From Bacteroidia bacterium (GTDB lineage Bacteria > Bacteroidota > Bacteroidia > Flavobacteriales > Flavobacteriaceae), in NCBI GenBank assembly GCA_030429955.1, contig JAUIGO010000011.1, forward strand, positions 3,690 to 67,689: 64,000 bases of DNA, in the 5' to 3' direction. Position numbers and translations under genes: made by a program. Numbering within the stretch: the first letter of the stretch is position 1; each line of letters starts with the position of its first letter. Below, in pieces: positions 46,404 to 55,983 of this stretch. Below the pieces are notes generated by a model. It searched no databases and had not been told where the DNA came from. It was given only the letters and a program-made list of their open reading frames with translations.

Positions 46404-47626
46404 GGCTCAAACATAGTATTGTCTTGCAAGCATTGTGCAAGTTGTGTATACACTTTGGTTATATTTTTTTCAGAATAATCATTACCAACGGCTTTTAGTA
46501 TCCTGGTTGCCAAAGTCCCTTGAGTTAATATAACATTCAGAGCTTCATGATGCGATTCATGAATATTAGGTTTTGTAAGTTCGTACAAATGTTTCCAGAT
46601 ATTTTGTACTGTTGAAGCATCTTCAATGTTGAATAGTTTAAGGTACTCAAGGTTTGAAACTGTAAACGTTTCAGCATCTTTTATGATTGGATTTAAAATT
46701 TCAAAAAGATCCTGCTTAAACCATTTTTTCTGTTGCTGAATACTTCCCAATTTTTTATCGACCAATAATTTTAAAACCTCAATGATTAACACACAAATAG
46801 CGATATCTGCTTTTGGACTTTCTTGAATATCGACCAAACGGATTTCTATAGCATTTCTATCAAAACGCGCAATAGCGCCACGTGAATTTAAAAAGTGATG
46901 GTCTAAAATCTTTTTGGAGTCGTAAGGTCTAATAGCTTTTTTAATAGGTTCAAAAATCGTGGCATAATAATCCACTTTTGTAAACACACGTTCAGGAATA
47001 ACCAAACCTGTCATTTCTGGTATTTCTTTTTGATTGGTTTTGTAATACTCTAAACGAGTGTCTTTAAATCCTGTGTTGGTTCCTTCTAAAATTGGAGAGC
47101 TCGCACACAATCCTGGGATTAAAGGTAAAATAACACGAATAGCAGCGTGTAATTTTTCAAACTCTTTATCATCGTAAAAAGGTAAGTTAATATGTGTGCT
47201 TTGCACATTGCTCCAACCATGACCTTTACAATTAAAAATACGATTATAAAGCTCATAAACCTCGCTATAACTATGTTTCCAAAGCTCTGTATCTTTCAAT
47301 GGATTCATTAAAGGATGACTTGCTGTTGGCAATAACTTGGCATCCAAATCTTTTAAAATGGAGTTAACTTCAACAACATTATCATGAAATTGTTTAGACA
47401 AGTTGTTGAGGTCTGAAGTTGGTCCATTAGTTTTCAATTCCACTACATGAGCGACAAGTTCATTGCTCCAAGCAATGGATCCATTCTCAACATCAGCAGT
47501 CAGTTTACCTTCTTTTTTAGTGAGTAATTGGTCAACAATAGGAGCGACCTTAAAATTGGAATTGTGTACTAACATATATTCGAGTTCAATTCCAAAAACT
47601 TCAAATAAATGATATTTTTTACCCAT
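46400..47626 (-). CDS. GCS2-type carboxylate-amine ligase (glutamate--cysteine ligase family 2)
   Basis: N-terminal FGIELEYMLV. 408 aa with typical GCS2 length and pattern. Confidence 0.75.
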   Translation of the reverse strand: MGKKYHLFEVFGIELEYMLVHNSNFKVAPIVDQLLTKKEGKLTADVENGSIAWSNELVAHVVELKTNGPTSDLNNLSKQFHDNVVEVNSILKDLDAKLLPTASHPLMNPLKDTELWKHSYSEVYELYNRIFNCKGHGWSNVQSTHINLPFYDDKEFEKLHAAIRVILPLIPGLCASSPILEGTNTGFKDTRLEYYKTNQKEIPEMTGLVIPERVFTKVDYYATIFEPIKKAIRPYDSKKILDHHFLNSRGAIARFDRNAIEIRLVDIQESPKADIAICVLIIEVLKLLVDKKLGSIQQQKKWFKQDLFEILNPIIKDAETFTVSNLEYLKLFNIEDASTVQNIWKHLYELTKPNIHESHHEALNVILTQGTLATRILKAVGNDYSEKNITKVYTQLAQCLQDNTMFEP

Positions 47627-47628
47627 GA

Positions 47629-49074
47629 TTAATCTAATCTATTTTTAAGAGCCGAAAGAATTTTAGTGTAAACCAAATCGCCATAATGTCTGTCTTCTAC
47701 ACCAAAATCAATATTAGGGTTATCGTTTATTTCAATAACCATCGGTTTATTGTTCACCACTTTTATATCGATGCCATAAAGCCCTTTTCCCATAAGTTTA
47801 GCAGATTTTAAAGCCATATTCAATACTTTTTTTGGAACCTCTTCAATGGGTAAGCAATCTGCATTACCATCTTGGTCGTCTTTTTTCTTGGCATTCCAAT
47901 TGTAAATTTGCCAATGACCTTTTGCCATATAATATTTGCATGCATAAAAAGGTTCGTCATCAATGATACCAATTCGCCAATCATAATCTGAAGGACAAAA
48001 TTCTTGTGCAATAATCAAATCGGATTCTTTTAGCATATCATTTACCAAACTGTTGTATTCCTCTTCTGTTTTTGCTTTTTTAACTCCAAACGAAAAGGTA
48101 GAATCTGGAGCTTTTAAAACACAAGGTAAGCCAACTTGTTTGATGACATCGTTTCTATTATCTTTATGTACAATAACAGTTTTTGGTGTATCAATATTAG
48201 CATTATTCAGTGCTTCAGCCATATATACCTTGTTGCAGCATTTTAAAATGGCATCAGGATAATCAATAATAGCAATCCCTTCCTGTTGCGCTTTTCGTGC
48301 AAAAGCATAAGCTTCGTTGTTGACCTCTGTACTCTGACGTATAAACAATGCATCAAAGGATGACAAGCGAGACAAGTCCTTTGGTTCTATGATTTCGGCA
48401 TAGATATTCATTTTTTCGGCAATATCAATAAACTTTTTTAGGGCTTTTGGATTACTTGGAGGCGCAGGATCGTTAGGGTTTACCAAAATAGCCAAATCAA
48501 AATCTGAGGTGGTTAATTTTGGTGTGTCATAACGTTTTTTGGAGAAATACTGATTGGCAAATTCATGCACGCTATCCAAATGTTCATCAGGAATTTCAGA
48601 TTCTGAAATAGCCTTGATGCTCTGGATGTTCCACTTAGTGTTATAATTGAACTTTACTCGTAAAAAAGGGACTTGAAAGTGCTTGTAAAACAAACTGCTT
48701 AACTCTTTGTATTTCTGAGCCACGTTTTGACCAAAGTAAATACTCAGCGTAAACTCTCTAGACTTAATGTTTTTTAAGCTTTGTTGTATGACATCGTCAA
48801 ATTCTTCTGATACGATGCGTACTAGTTTTAGAGCTCTTAAATCAACAATATTTTTTACAGTTGGAATGGCTGAATGTCCTCTGGCTTCGGCTAATAATGA
48901 TACATAATAGCCTTTGGATTGATAAGAATAATCTTTACAAAGGTTAAATATTCGAGCGTTTTTTAAAAGTGAAAACTTAGGATTTGTAAGGTATTCCTGA
49001 GAAGAGATAACTGAAATATTTTCAATTGAAAATTTCCATTTATCAGGTTGATTAACAACAATATATTTATTCAT
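47629..49074 (-). CDS. RimK-like ATP-grasp ligase with an N-terminal RimK-associated (RLAN-like) domain
   Basis: The C-terminal ATP-grasp ends in GLYGIDIKVVNNKPMVIEINDNP. An extra N-terminal domain of about 200 aa is present. Confidence 0.8.
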   Translation of the reverse strand: MNKYIVVNQPDKWKFSIENISVISSQEYLTNPKFSLLKNARIFNLCKDYSYQSKGYYVSLLAEARGHSAIPTVKNIVDLRALKLVRIVSEEFDDVIQQSLKNIKSREFTLSIYFGQNVAQKYKELSSLFYKHFQVPFLRVKFNYNTKWNIQSIKAISESEIPDEHLDSVHEFANQYFSKKRYDTPKLTTSDFDLAILVNPNDPAPPSNPKALKKFIDIAEKMNIYAEIIEPKDLSRLSSFDALFIRQSTEVNNEAYAFARKAQQEGIAIIDYPDAILKCCNKVYMAEALNNANIDTPKTVIVHKDNRNDVIKQVGLPCVLKAPDSTFSFGVKKAKTEEEYNSLVNDMLKESDLIIAQEFCPSDYDWRIGIIDDEPFYACKYYMAKGHWQIYNWNAKKKDDQDGNADCLPIEEVPKKVLNMALKSAKLMGKGLYGIDIKVVNNKPMVIEINDNPNIDFGVEDRHYGDLVYTKILSALKNRLD

Positions 49075-49106
49075 TTAAGGCGTAAAATCGCAATATAAAT
49101 TTTAAA

Positions 49107-49114
49107 CAAAATTA
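49107..49114 (-). promoter_or_regulatory. -7 promoter box (TAATTTTG on the minus strand) upstream of the ATP-grasp gene
   Basis: Plus-strand caaaatta lies 32 nt upstream of the start at 49074. Confidence 0.45.
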
Positions 49115-49159
49115 TATTATTTTTTAATTGCTTTTACAAAAGGAAAAAATATTTTTCAA

Positions 49160-50689
49160 TTACTTTTTCTTCAACTCAAAAAGATCTTTTCGTCTGTCCC
49201 TTAGATTTCTAACACTTCCAAATTGATTGAGCTCACGTAACAAATCTATATCCAAATCGGCAATTAGAATCATTTCAGTATTGGTTGTAGCTTCCGCTTT
49301 TATTCCATTTGCAGGAAAGGCAAAATCACAAGGTGTAAATACCATGGATTGTGCAAACTGAATATCCATGTTATGGACTTTTGGCAAGTTGCCAACACTT
49401 CCAGCAATAGCCACATAACACTCGTTCTCAATGGCTCTTGCTTGTGCACAATGGCGAACTCTGGAATAACCGTTTTGAGTATCAGTTAAAAACGGAATGA
49501 ATAAAATATCCATGCCTTCATCTGCTAAAATTCTACTTAGTTCAGGAAATTCTGAATCGTAACAAATTAATATGCCAATTTTACCACAATCTGTATCAAA
49601 AGCTTTGAGTTGGTTACCTCCTTGCATTCCCCAAACTTTTGCTTCATCTGGAGTAACGTGTAGTTTTTCATAGCGTTCAATTGAACCATCTCTTTTGCAT
49701 AAATAACCAGCGTTGTATAGCAAATCTTCTTTAATCTCTGGCATGCTTCCGGTTATAATATTGATGTTATAAGTGATGGCGAATTCTGAAAATTTTTGCA
49801 CGATGGCATCAGTATATTTTGCCAGTTCTCGTATGGCTTCTGGTTCTGACAAATGATTGTTTTCAGCCATTAAAGGTGCATTGAAGAACTCAGGGAATAA
49901 TGCAAAATCCGAACGATAACCAGACACAGCATCAATAAAGTATTCAGCCTGTTGCATCAGTTCTTCAAAGTCTTTATATAATCGCATTTGCCATTGTACA
50001 AGCCCAAGACGAACTATTTTTTTCTTTGTAGCTGCTTTTTTAGAAGGTTTTTCGTAATAAATATTATCCCATTCCAATAAAACCGCATATTCACCAGAAG
50101 CGTTATCTCCTTCTAAATACCCTTTTAAAATACGAACTGGATGAAAATCGTTTGAAATTTGAAAGTTTAAAACTGGGTCGTGAATTTCTTTTCTGCGAAC
50201 TTTGTCTATATACTCCTTAGGCGTCATTTCTTTAGAATACTTATGAAAGTTTGGTATTCTTCCTCCGAAAGCAATACCTCTTAGGTTTAATTTTTCACAA
50301 ATTTCTTTTCTATAATCATATAAGCGCCTTCCCAGACGCAAGCCGCGAAATTCTGGTTTAATAAACACATCAATGCCATACAAAGCATCTCCTTTATCTG
50401 CATCATGCGTATCGAAAGTGTAATTTCCAGTAATGTCTTCATAAGTGTGAATGTCGTCAATACTGTCGTAGTCTACAATAATGGACAGTGCACAACCTGC
50501 AATTTGGTTGTTTATTTTAATAACCACTTGACCTTCAGGAAATTTATCTATAAGCGTTTTTATCTGATTTTCTCTCCAATATAAATTAGGCATCGTTTTG
50601 TAAGCCTGCTGCATCGCGCCTTTTAATTCTTGATAGTCATCTAAAGTGAGGTATTGCAATTCAATATTCTCAATATCTTGTGGTTTCAT
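49160..50689 (-). CDS. bifunctional GNAT N-acetyltransferase / carbon-nitrogen hydrolase (nitrilase superfamily) protein
   Basis: N-terminal GNAT region (IKPEFRGLRLGRRLY). The C-terminal CN-hydrolase has E (LFPEFF), K (KLHVTPDE) and C (ILICYDSEFPE). Confidence 0.8.
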   Translation of the reverse strand: MKPQDIENIELQYLTLDDYQELKGAMQQAYKTMPNLYWRENQIKTLIDKFPEGQVVIKINNQIAGCALSIIVDYDSIDDIHTYEDITGNYTFDTHDADKGDALYGIDVFIKPEFRGLRLGRRLYDYRKEICEKLNLRGIAFGGRIPNFHKYSKEMTPKEYIDKVRRKEIHDPVLNFQISNDFHPVRILKGYLEGDNASGEYAVLLEWDNIYYEKPSKKAATKKKIVRLGLVQWQMRLYKDFEELMQQAEYFIDAVSGYRSDFALFPEFFNAPLMAENNHLSEPEAIRELAKYTDAIVQKFSEFAITYNINIITGSMPEIKEDLLYNAGYLCKRDGSIERYEKLHVTPDEAKVWGMQGGNQLKAFDTDCGKIGILICYDSEFPELSRILADEGMDILFIPFLTDTQNGYSRVRHCAQARAIENECYVAIAGSVGNLPKVHNMDIQFAQSMVFTPCDFAFPANGIKAEATTNTEMILIADLDIDLLRELNQFGSVRNLRDRRKDLFELKKK

Positions 50690-50795
50690 TTGTTGATATT
50701 TATTGTTTCTTATATGTCAGATGCAATGCCTTTATTATCATGTTGTTTAGATTGACTAATTGTTTTGGCATTTCATAAATACAAATAATTATCTG

Positions 50796-50803
50796 CAAAT
50801 GTA
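50796..50803 (-). promoter_or_regulatory. possible -7 promoter box (TACATTTG on the minus strand) for the GNAT/CN-hydrolase gene
   Basis: Plus-strand caaatgta lies 106 nt upstream of the start at 50689. Confidence 0.3.
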
Positions 50804-50893
50804 CGAGAAATGTATGCTTTTAACATGGTATACATACAACATAATTTTAGGTTAAATAAGCAATAATATTTTATTGAAGTTTTCCTTGTGATA

Positions 50894-52750
50894 TTAATTT
50901 TTAATAATTCTGCGGAACGAGGTTTTGTTGTTTGAAACTATTTCCAGAATATACATGCCTGAATTAAATTTTGAGATATTCAATATATTTATATTACCTT
51001 TTTTCATAGATAAAACTTTTCCATCAATGCTATAAATAGAAAGTTTCGTAATTGGTGAATTAGATTTGAGATTAATAATATTAGTAGTTGGATTAGGATA
51101 AATTTTGATACCATTATTTAATGTTTGATTTTCTAACGAAAGTTGATTGTTCACTTCTTGAATAGCAGCAAGTGCATCTATTTTTCCACTTCCCCAAGTT
51201 GCATTTGGTACAGCTCCAGTGTAACTATCTTGTCTTGCAGTTTGACTCAAAATATCTTTTACTTCTTGATTTGATAATGTTGGATCTAATTCTAGCATTA
51301 GTGCAATTACACCACATGTTAATGGAGCAGCTGCACTTACAGCAGTTTGTATGCCATAAAGACCATTGCCACCTTGTACCAAATTAAAATCAAAGTTTGA
51401 GTACCAAGTATTTGGGCTATATGGAGCAAAAATCACCTCTCCAGGAGATGCAAAATCAACTCCTTGTCTTCCATCTTGTGTTGGACCTTCACTACTACCT
51501 ACCCAAATTTCGCCAGGATCTCCTTCACCTGCAGGTCTGCTTCTCGGAACTCCGTTAATATCTGTCCAAGTGTTATTTGAAACATAATCTGTTGGTACAA
51601 TCACTTGTTGTGTAGATGCAAAATCATTAATACTTGCACCTGGAACGACAAAAGTTTGAAATGCATTGCTCGAATAATGGTTTGCTGGGTTTAATGTAGC
51701 GTGAAAACCTCCATCAGTCACAGTTGCGCCATTTAAAATCACTTTATACAATCCGTTAGCACCAAAAAAGTCAATAAATATATTTCTTCTGTTACTTGAG
51801 GCACCATAAAACTCTTGATTTGCACCTCTATGATAAAAATTAAATGTACCAGGGAATCGGTCAACTGCGCTATTTGCATTTACTGGAGCAGCGTAAGGCC
51901 CAAATTGCGCTCCTCCTGGAATTTCAATTGTTACATCAAAACGATCGTCTTCGCTATACCAAAGCTCAAAACGTAAGTTACCTGAAACGGCTTTATTAAT
52001 TTCAAGTTCAATTGTTTGATTTTGAGCTATAGTACCTTGAGCATGGTTATCTCCTCCACCATCATCGCCAACTCCACAAACTAAAATGTGACCTTGGTTT
52101 ATAAAATCTTCCATTGCCTGACTTATACTACTTGTGCCATCAGTTGGACCTCCTAAAGACCCTAAATTGATTAGAGTAACACTTGGTAAGCCTAACTCTG
52201 TAACTTTATCATGTACAAATTGAAGTGCCACAGGAAGATAATCTGGATTGTAAAAACCACTTTGTCCTGGTTCACCTGCAAAAGGCGGAAAAGCATCAAG
52301 TGTAAACCTAACCGAAATAATAGTTGCATCAACAGCAACTCCATGAAATTCTCCATTTGTAGTTCCACTACCATTTCCAGCTAATATTCCTGTACAAGCT
52401 GTACCATGTCCATGTCTATCTGTTGTTAATGGTGTGCCTCCAGCTAATAAAGAAGCATTGATATCTGCTTCAGTAAAAATTGTACCTATTCCGTAAGGAT
52501 TACCTGGATCGTTAGCTCCAGAAGAATCTATCATATCATAGATATAAGCAATTTTGGTAGTGCCATCAGGATTAATAAATGCTGGATGCGTGTAATCGAT
52601 ACCACGCTCAATACTAGCAAAAATAACACCATCACCTGTTAAATTGAATTGACTGTAAACGGCTTCAATATTAGCCTCAGTGAACGCAGGATTACCTTGA
52701 GAAAGTACTAAGAATGGGAACAATAAAGTTAAGAGAGTAAAAATCTTCAT
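50894..52750 (-). CDS. S8 (subtilisin-like) peptidase with a T9SS C-terminal sorting domain
   Basis: Signal peptide. His motif HGHGTACTG and Ser region AVSAAAP. The C-terminal 80 aa or so look like Por_Secre_tail (IKIYPNPTTNIINL...GMYILEIVSNNKTSFRRIIKN). The expected DxG Asp position reads ERG. Confidence 0.8.
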   Translation of the reverse strand: MKIFTLLTLLFPFLVLSQGNPAFTEANIEAVYSQFNLTGDGVIFASIERGIDYTHPAFINPDGTTKIAYIYDMIDSSGANDPGNPYGIGTIFTEADINASLLAGGTPLTTDRHGHGTACTGILAGNGSGTTNGEFHGVAVDATIISVRFTLDAFPPFAGEPGQSGFYNPDYLPVALQFVHDKVTELGLPSVTLINLGSLGGPTDGTSSISQAMEDFINQGHILVCGVGDDGGGDNHAQGTIAQNQTIELEINKAVSGNLRFELWYSEDDRFDVTIEIPGGAQFGPYAAPVNANSAVDRFPGTFNFYHRGANQEFYGASSNRRNIFIDFFGANGLYKVILNGATVTDGGFHATLNPANHYSSNAFQTFVVPGASINDFASTQQVIVPTDYVSNNTWTDINGVPRSRPAGEGDPGEIWVGSSEGPTQDGRQGVDFASPGEVIFAPYSPNTWYSNFDFNLVQGGNGLYGIQTAVSAAAPLTCGVIALMLELDPTLSNQEVKDILSQTARQDSYTGAVPNATWGSGKIDALAAIQEVNNQLSLENQTLNNGIKIYPNPTTNIINLKSNSPITKLSIYSIDGKVLSMKKGNINILNISKFNSGMYILEIVSNNKTSFRRIIKN

Positions 52751-52924
52751 AATTAATCATTTTAGGTTATTAATATTTCATCGAAGATTTAAGGAAATGT
52801 CATCAAAAAGTTGAACAATCAAGTAGGATTAATAGCATTTTATAAATAGCGATTTTTTTAAATACTTCAAAATCAATAAGCTATATTTAAATGTGTCATT
52901 TGTTGTTATTGCAGTTTTTAACTG

Positions 52925-52932
52925 TATTTTTG
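52925..52932 (+). promoter_or_regulatory. -7 promoter box TATTTTTG for the SulP gene
   Basis: Matches TAnnTTTG, 23 nt upstream of the ATG at 52956. Confidence 0.5.
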
Positions 52933-52955
52933 CAGCTTCTTAAAAACAGACTATC

Positions 52956-54578
52956 ATGACTGAATTTATTAGAAAAAGAACAGCAAATGCAAAAAATGAT
53001 ATTTTAAGCGGATTGACAGTGGCATTAGCTTTGGTTCCAGAAGCTGTCGCTTTTGCGTTTGTAGCTGGAGTTGATCCTTTGGTAGGATTGTATGCAGCTT
53101 TTATGATTGGTTTGATCACGTCTGTTTTTGGAGGGCGACCAGGCATGATTAGTGGAGCAACTGGTGCATTGGCAGTCGTTATGGTGACTTTAGTAGCTAA
53201 AGGAAATGCCATGGGAGCTGAAGGTGAGCAATTAGGTTTATATTACTTGTTTGCGACTGTTATTTTAATGGGTTTTATACAAATACTAGCAGGTGTTTTT
53301 AAACTTGGAAAGTTCGTCAGGTTGATTCCGCATCCAGTAATGATGGGTTTTGTAAATGGTTTAGCCATTGTGATTTTCTTGTCACAATTAGGGATGTTTA
53401 TGACTGTAGAAAACGGAGAAGAAGTTTGGATGTCAGGAGGAAAACTTTGGACGATGTTAGGTTTAGTTGCGCTTACTATGGGAATTATGCTTGGTTTGCC
53501 TAAACTCACCAAAAAACTTCCTGAAGCTTTAATTGCAATTTTGGTTGTGTCTGCTATCGTGATTCTCGGAAATTTAGATGTGGCCACTGTTGGTAGTTTT
53601 ATTCGTGAAGGTGGAGGAGAAGGTTTAAAAGGTGGATTACCAGAATTTCAAACGGATATTTTCAGCAAAGTTCCTTTTAATATGGAGACCTTAATTTTCA
53701 TTGGTCCTTATGCTTTGATTCTTGCAGCCATTGGGTTGATTGAGTCTTTAATGACCTTAAATCTTATTGACGATTTAACCGAAACCAGAGGAAATACGAA
53801 TAGAGAATGTTTAGCTCAAGGTGGTGCGAATATTGTCACTGGTTTATTTGGTGGAATGGGAGGTTGTGCTATGATTGGTCAATCTATCATCAATATTAAA
53901 GGTGGAGGTAGAGGACGACTTTCAGGTATAGTTGCCGCATTAGCTTTACTAGGATTTATTTTATTCGCATCAGGACTTATTGAACAAGTACCAATTGCAG
54001 CTTTAGTTGGTGTGATGTTTATGGTGGTTATTGGAACCTTTGCTTGGTCAAGTTTTAGGATTATGAACAAAATTCCAAGAACAGATGTGTTTGTCTTGAT
54101 TTTAGTATCAGGTTTAACAGTTTTATTTGATTTAGCCATTGCTGTGATTGCTGGTGTTATTGTTAGTGCTTTGGTATTTGCTTGGGAAAATGCGAAACGC
54201 ATTCGAGCTAGAAAGCGTATGCGTGAAGATGGCACAAAGATTTATGAGATTTGGGGACCATTATTCTTTGGTAGTATTACTGCATTCAATGAAAAATTTG
54301 ATGTTAAAAACGATCCTGATCAAGTAGAAATTGATTTTGTTGAAGCACGAGTGAGTGACCATTCTGCAATTGAAGCCATTTTTAACTTGGTCAATAAATA
54401 TAAAGCTGAAGGAAAATCTATTAAACTAAAGCATCTTAGCGAAGATTGCAAAGTGTTACTTTATAAGTCTAGTCCTATCTTTAGAGATGTGATTATAGAA
54501 GCTGTTGATGATCCTCGCTATCATTTAGCTGAAAACCCGGAAGCTTTTACTAAAGGGTTGGGAGAGTATAATTTATAA
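52956..54578 (+). CDS. SulP-family anion transporter with a C-terminal STAS domain
   Basis: 540 aa. SulP N-terminal motif GLTVALALVPEAVAFAFVAGV, many TM segments and a STAS-like C-terminus. Confidence 0.9.
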   Translation: MTEFIRKRTANAKNDILSGLTVALALVPEAVAFAFVAGVDPLVGLYAAFMIGLITSVFGGRPGMISGATGALAVVMVTLVAKGNAMGAEGEQLGLYYLFATVILMGFIQILAGVFKLGKFVRLIPHPVMMGFVNGLAIVIFLSQLGMFMTVENGEEVWMSGGKLWTMLGLVALTMGIMLGLPKLTKKLPEALIAILVVSAIVILGNLDVATVGSFIREGGGEGLKGGLPEFQTDIFSKVPFNMETLIFIGPYALILAAIGLIESLMTLNLIDDLTETRGNTNRECLAQGGANIVTGLFGGMGGCAMIGQSIINIKGGGRGRLSGIVAALALLGFILFASGLIEQVPIAALVGVMFMVVIGTFAWSSFRIMNKIPRTDVFVLILVSGLTVLFDLAIAVIAGVIVSALVFAWENAKRIRARKRMREDGTKIYEIWGPLFFGSITAFNEKFDVKNDPDQVEIDFVEARVSDHSAIEAIFNLVNKYKAEGKSIKLKHLSEDCKVLLYKSSPIFRDVIIEAVDDPRYHLAENPEAFTKGLGEYNL

Positions 54579-54595
54579 TACACAGGATTACAAAT

Positions 54596-55006
54596 CTATT
54601 TATAGAAATCGGCCTCATCAACCAACAATGTTGTTAGTTCTACTGTATGGTTATCAGGATCTTTCAAATAAATAGAGTGGAAGTAGTAATGATCTTGAAA
54701 TTGAAATGGCTCTCCAAGTGATTTGAAATGATTTTGTGCTTTCTCAAAATCTTCATTAGACACATTAAAAGCGAAGTGATCTATCTTGACATTTCTAGAG
54801 CTTAAGTTAAGTTTTTCATGCTCTAAATTTGCTGGAAATAAGGCAATACCAGATTTACCTGAAAGCATAAATACCGGAAATTCGCCCCATTTTTCAAGCT
54901 GATATTTTTTTAATCCAAAAACTTTAGAATACCATTCTATTGAAACATTCAAATCCTTAACTCGAATAGCAACATGGTCTAAGAAGTTAATGTTGAAGGG
55001 TTTCAT
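54596..55006 (-). CDS. VOC/glyoxalase-family protein
   Basis: LDHVAIRVKDL ... DHFAF ... DPDNH.VEL pattern. Confidence 0.75.
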   Translation of the reverse strand: MKPFNINFLDHVAIRVKDLNVSIEWYSKVFGLKKYQLEKWGEFPVFMLSGKSGIALFPANLEHEKLNLSSRNVKIDHFAFNVSNEDFEKAQNHFKSLGEPFQFQDHYYFHSIYLKDPDNHTVELTTLLVDEADFYK

Positions 55007-55026
55007 TGGTTTAGGTTAGTTTATGC

Positions 55027-55503
55027 TTAGCCGTTATGCACTTTTATCATTTTTTTTATTAAGGAAATTTGGCCTAAATGATAGTAACTATGCTCGATAA
55101 TACCTTCAATATTTCTTCTATAGGTGCCGTATTTTTCATCTTCAAAAATACTATCTAGTTTATTACTTGACATTTGTTCTACATAATCTGCAAACTTTTT
55201 GGCATTATTCCATAAATCGTTCAATAGATTTTCCCAATCAGTCTCTGTTTTAATATGTGAATAGTCAAAACTAAACTTATCTTTGATTTCAAGTGTTCCA
55301 CCTTCAAAAACGCATAATACTCCATCTATATAATAGTTTACATGAAAAGTCAAGGAAAGTATTGTGTTTAGAGAATCTATTTTTGTTATAGCCTCTTGCC
55401 AATTTACATTTGCAATGAGGTCGTAGTAATTTGTGTTGGCAATCCAATTACCATTCAAAATAACTTCTCTAAACCGATTTGCAAGTTGTTTCGAACTTTC
55501 CAT
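55027..55503 (-). CDS. DinB-family protein
   Basis: 158 aa four-helix pattern with the C-terminal IIEHSYYHLGQI. Confidence 0.7.
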   Translation of the reverse strand: MESSKQLANRFREVILNGNWIANTNYYDLIANVNWQEAITKIDSLNTILSLTFHVNYYIDGVLCVFEGGTLEIKDKFSFDYSHIKTETDWENLLNDLWNNAKKFADYVEQMSSNKLDSIFEDEKYGTYRRNIEGIIEHSYYHLGQISLIKKMIKVHNG

Positions 55504-55509
55504 TTGGTC

Positions 55510-55965
55510 TTATTTAATACGAACACTTTTAGGAACAAGCTTGGTGTAATCACCATGATTTCTAATCACATCTCTTACAATCGAAGATGATATGTAAGAG
55601 GTGTTTGCTGAGGTCAGTAAAAACACAGTTTCAATTGGAGCTAAATCTCTATTGGTATGTGCTATGGCTTTTTCAAATTCAAAATCGGCTGGATTGCGTA
55701 AACCTCGTAAAATGAATTCGACATCAATTTTTTTGCAAAAGTCAACCGTTAAGCCTTCATAAGTCATCACTTTTATTTTAGGTTCATCGGCAAAGGTATC
55801 TTCAATAAACTTTTTACGCTCATCTACTGTGAACATGTATTTTTTATCAGCATTAATACCGATAGCAACGATAACTTCATCAAAAAGCGTAACGCCTCTT
55901 TTTATAATATCGTAATGACCTAAAGTAATGGGATCAAAAGATCCTGGAAATATGGCTCGTTTCAT
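55510..55965 (-). CDS. coaD: pantetheine-phosphate adenylyltransferase
   Basis: N-terminal FPGSFDPITLGH and C-terminal ISSSIVR. Confidence 0.92.
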   Translation of the reverse strand: MKRAIFPGSFDPITLGHYDIIKRGVTLFDEVIVAIGINADKKYMFTVDERKKFIEDTFADEPKIKVMTYEGLTVDFCKKIDVEFILRGLRNPADFEFEKAIAHTNRDLAPIETVFLLTSANTSYISSSIVRDVIRNHGDYTKLVPKSVRIK

Positions 55966-55983
55966 ACTACTAAAATAACGCTT

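Noticed and set aside
50690-50795. Possible structured leader or tiny ORFs (6 and 13 codons) upstream of the GNAT/CN-hydrolase gene
   Set aside because: Only a weak 6-bp pairing with a 30-nt loop is present, there is no terminator, and the ORFs are too short to distinguish from noise.
52940-54235. Minus-strand ORFs (90, 114 and 118 aa) within the SulP transporter gene
   Set aside because: They are shadow ORFs antisense to a strongly supported SulP/STAS CDS.
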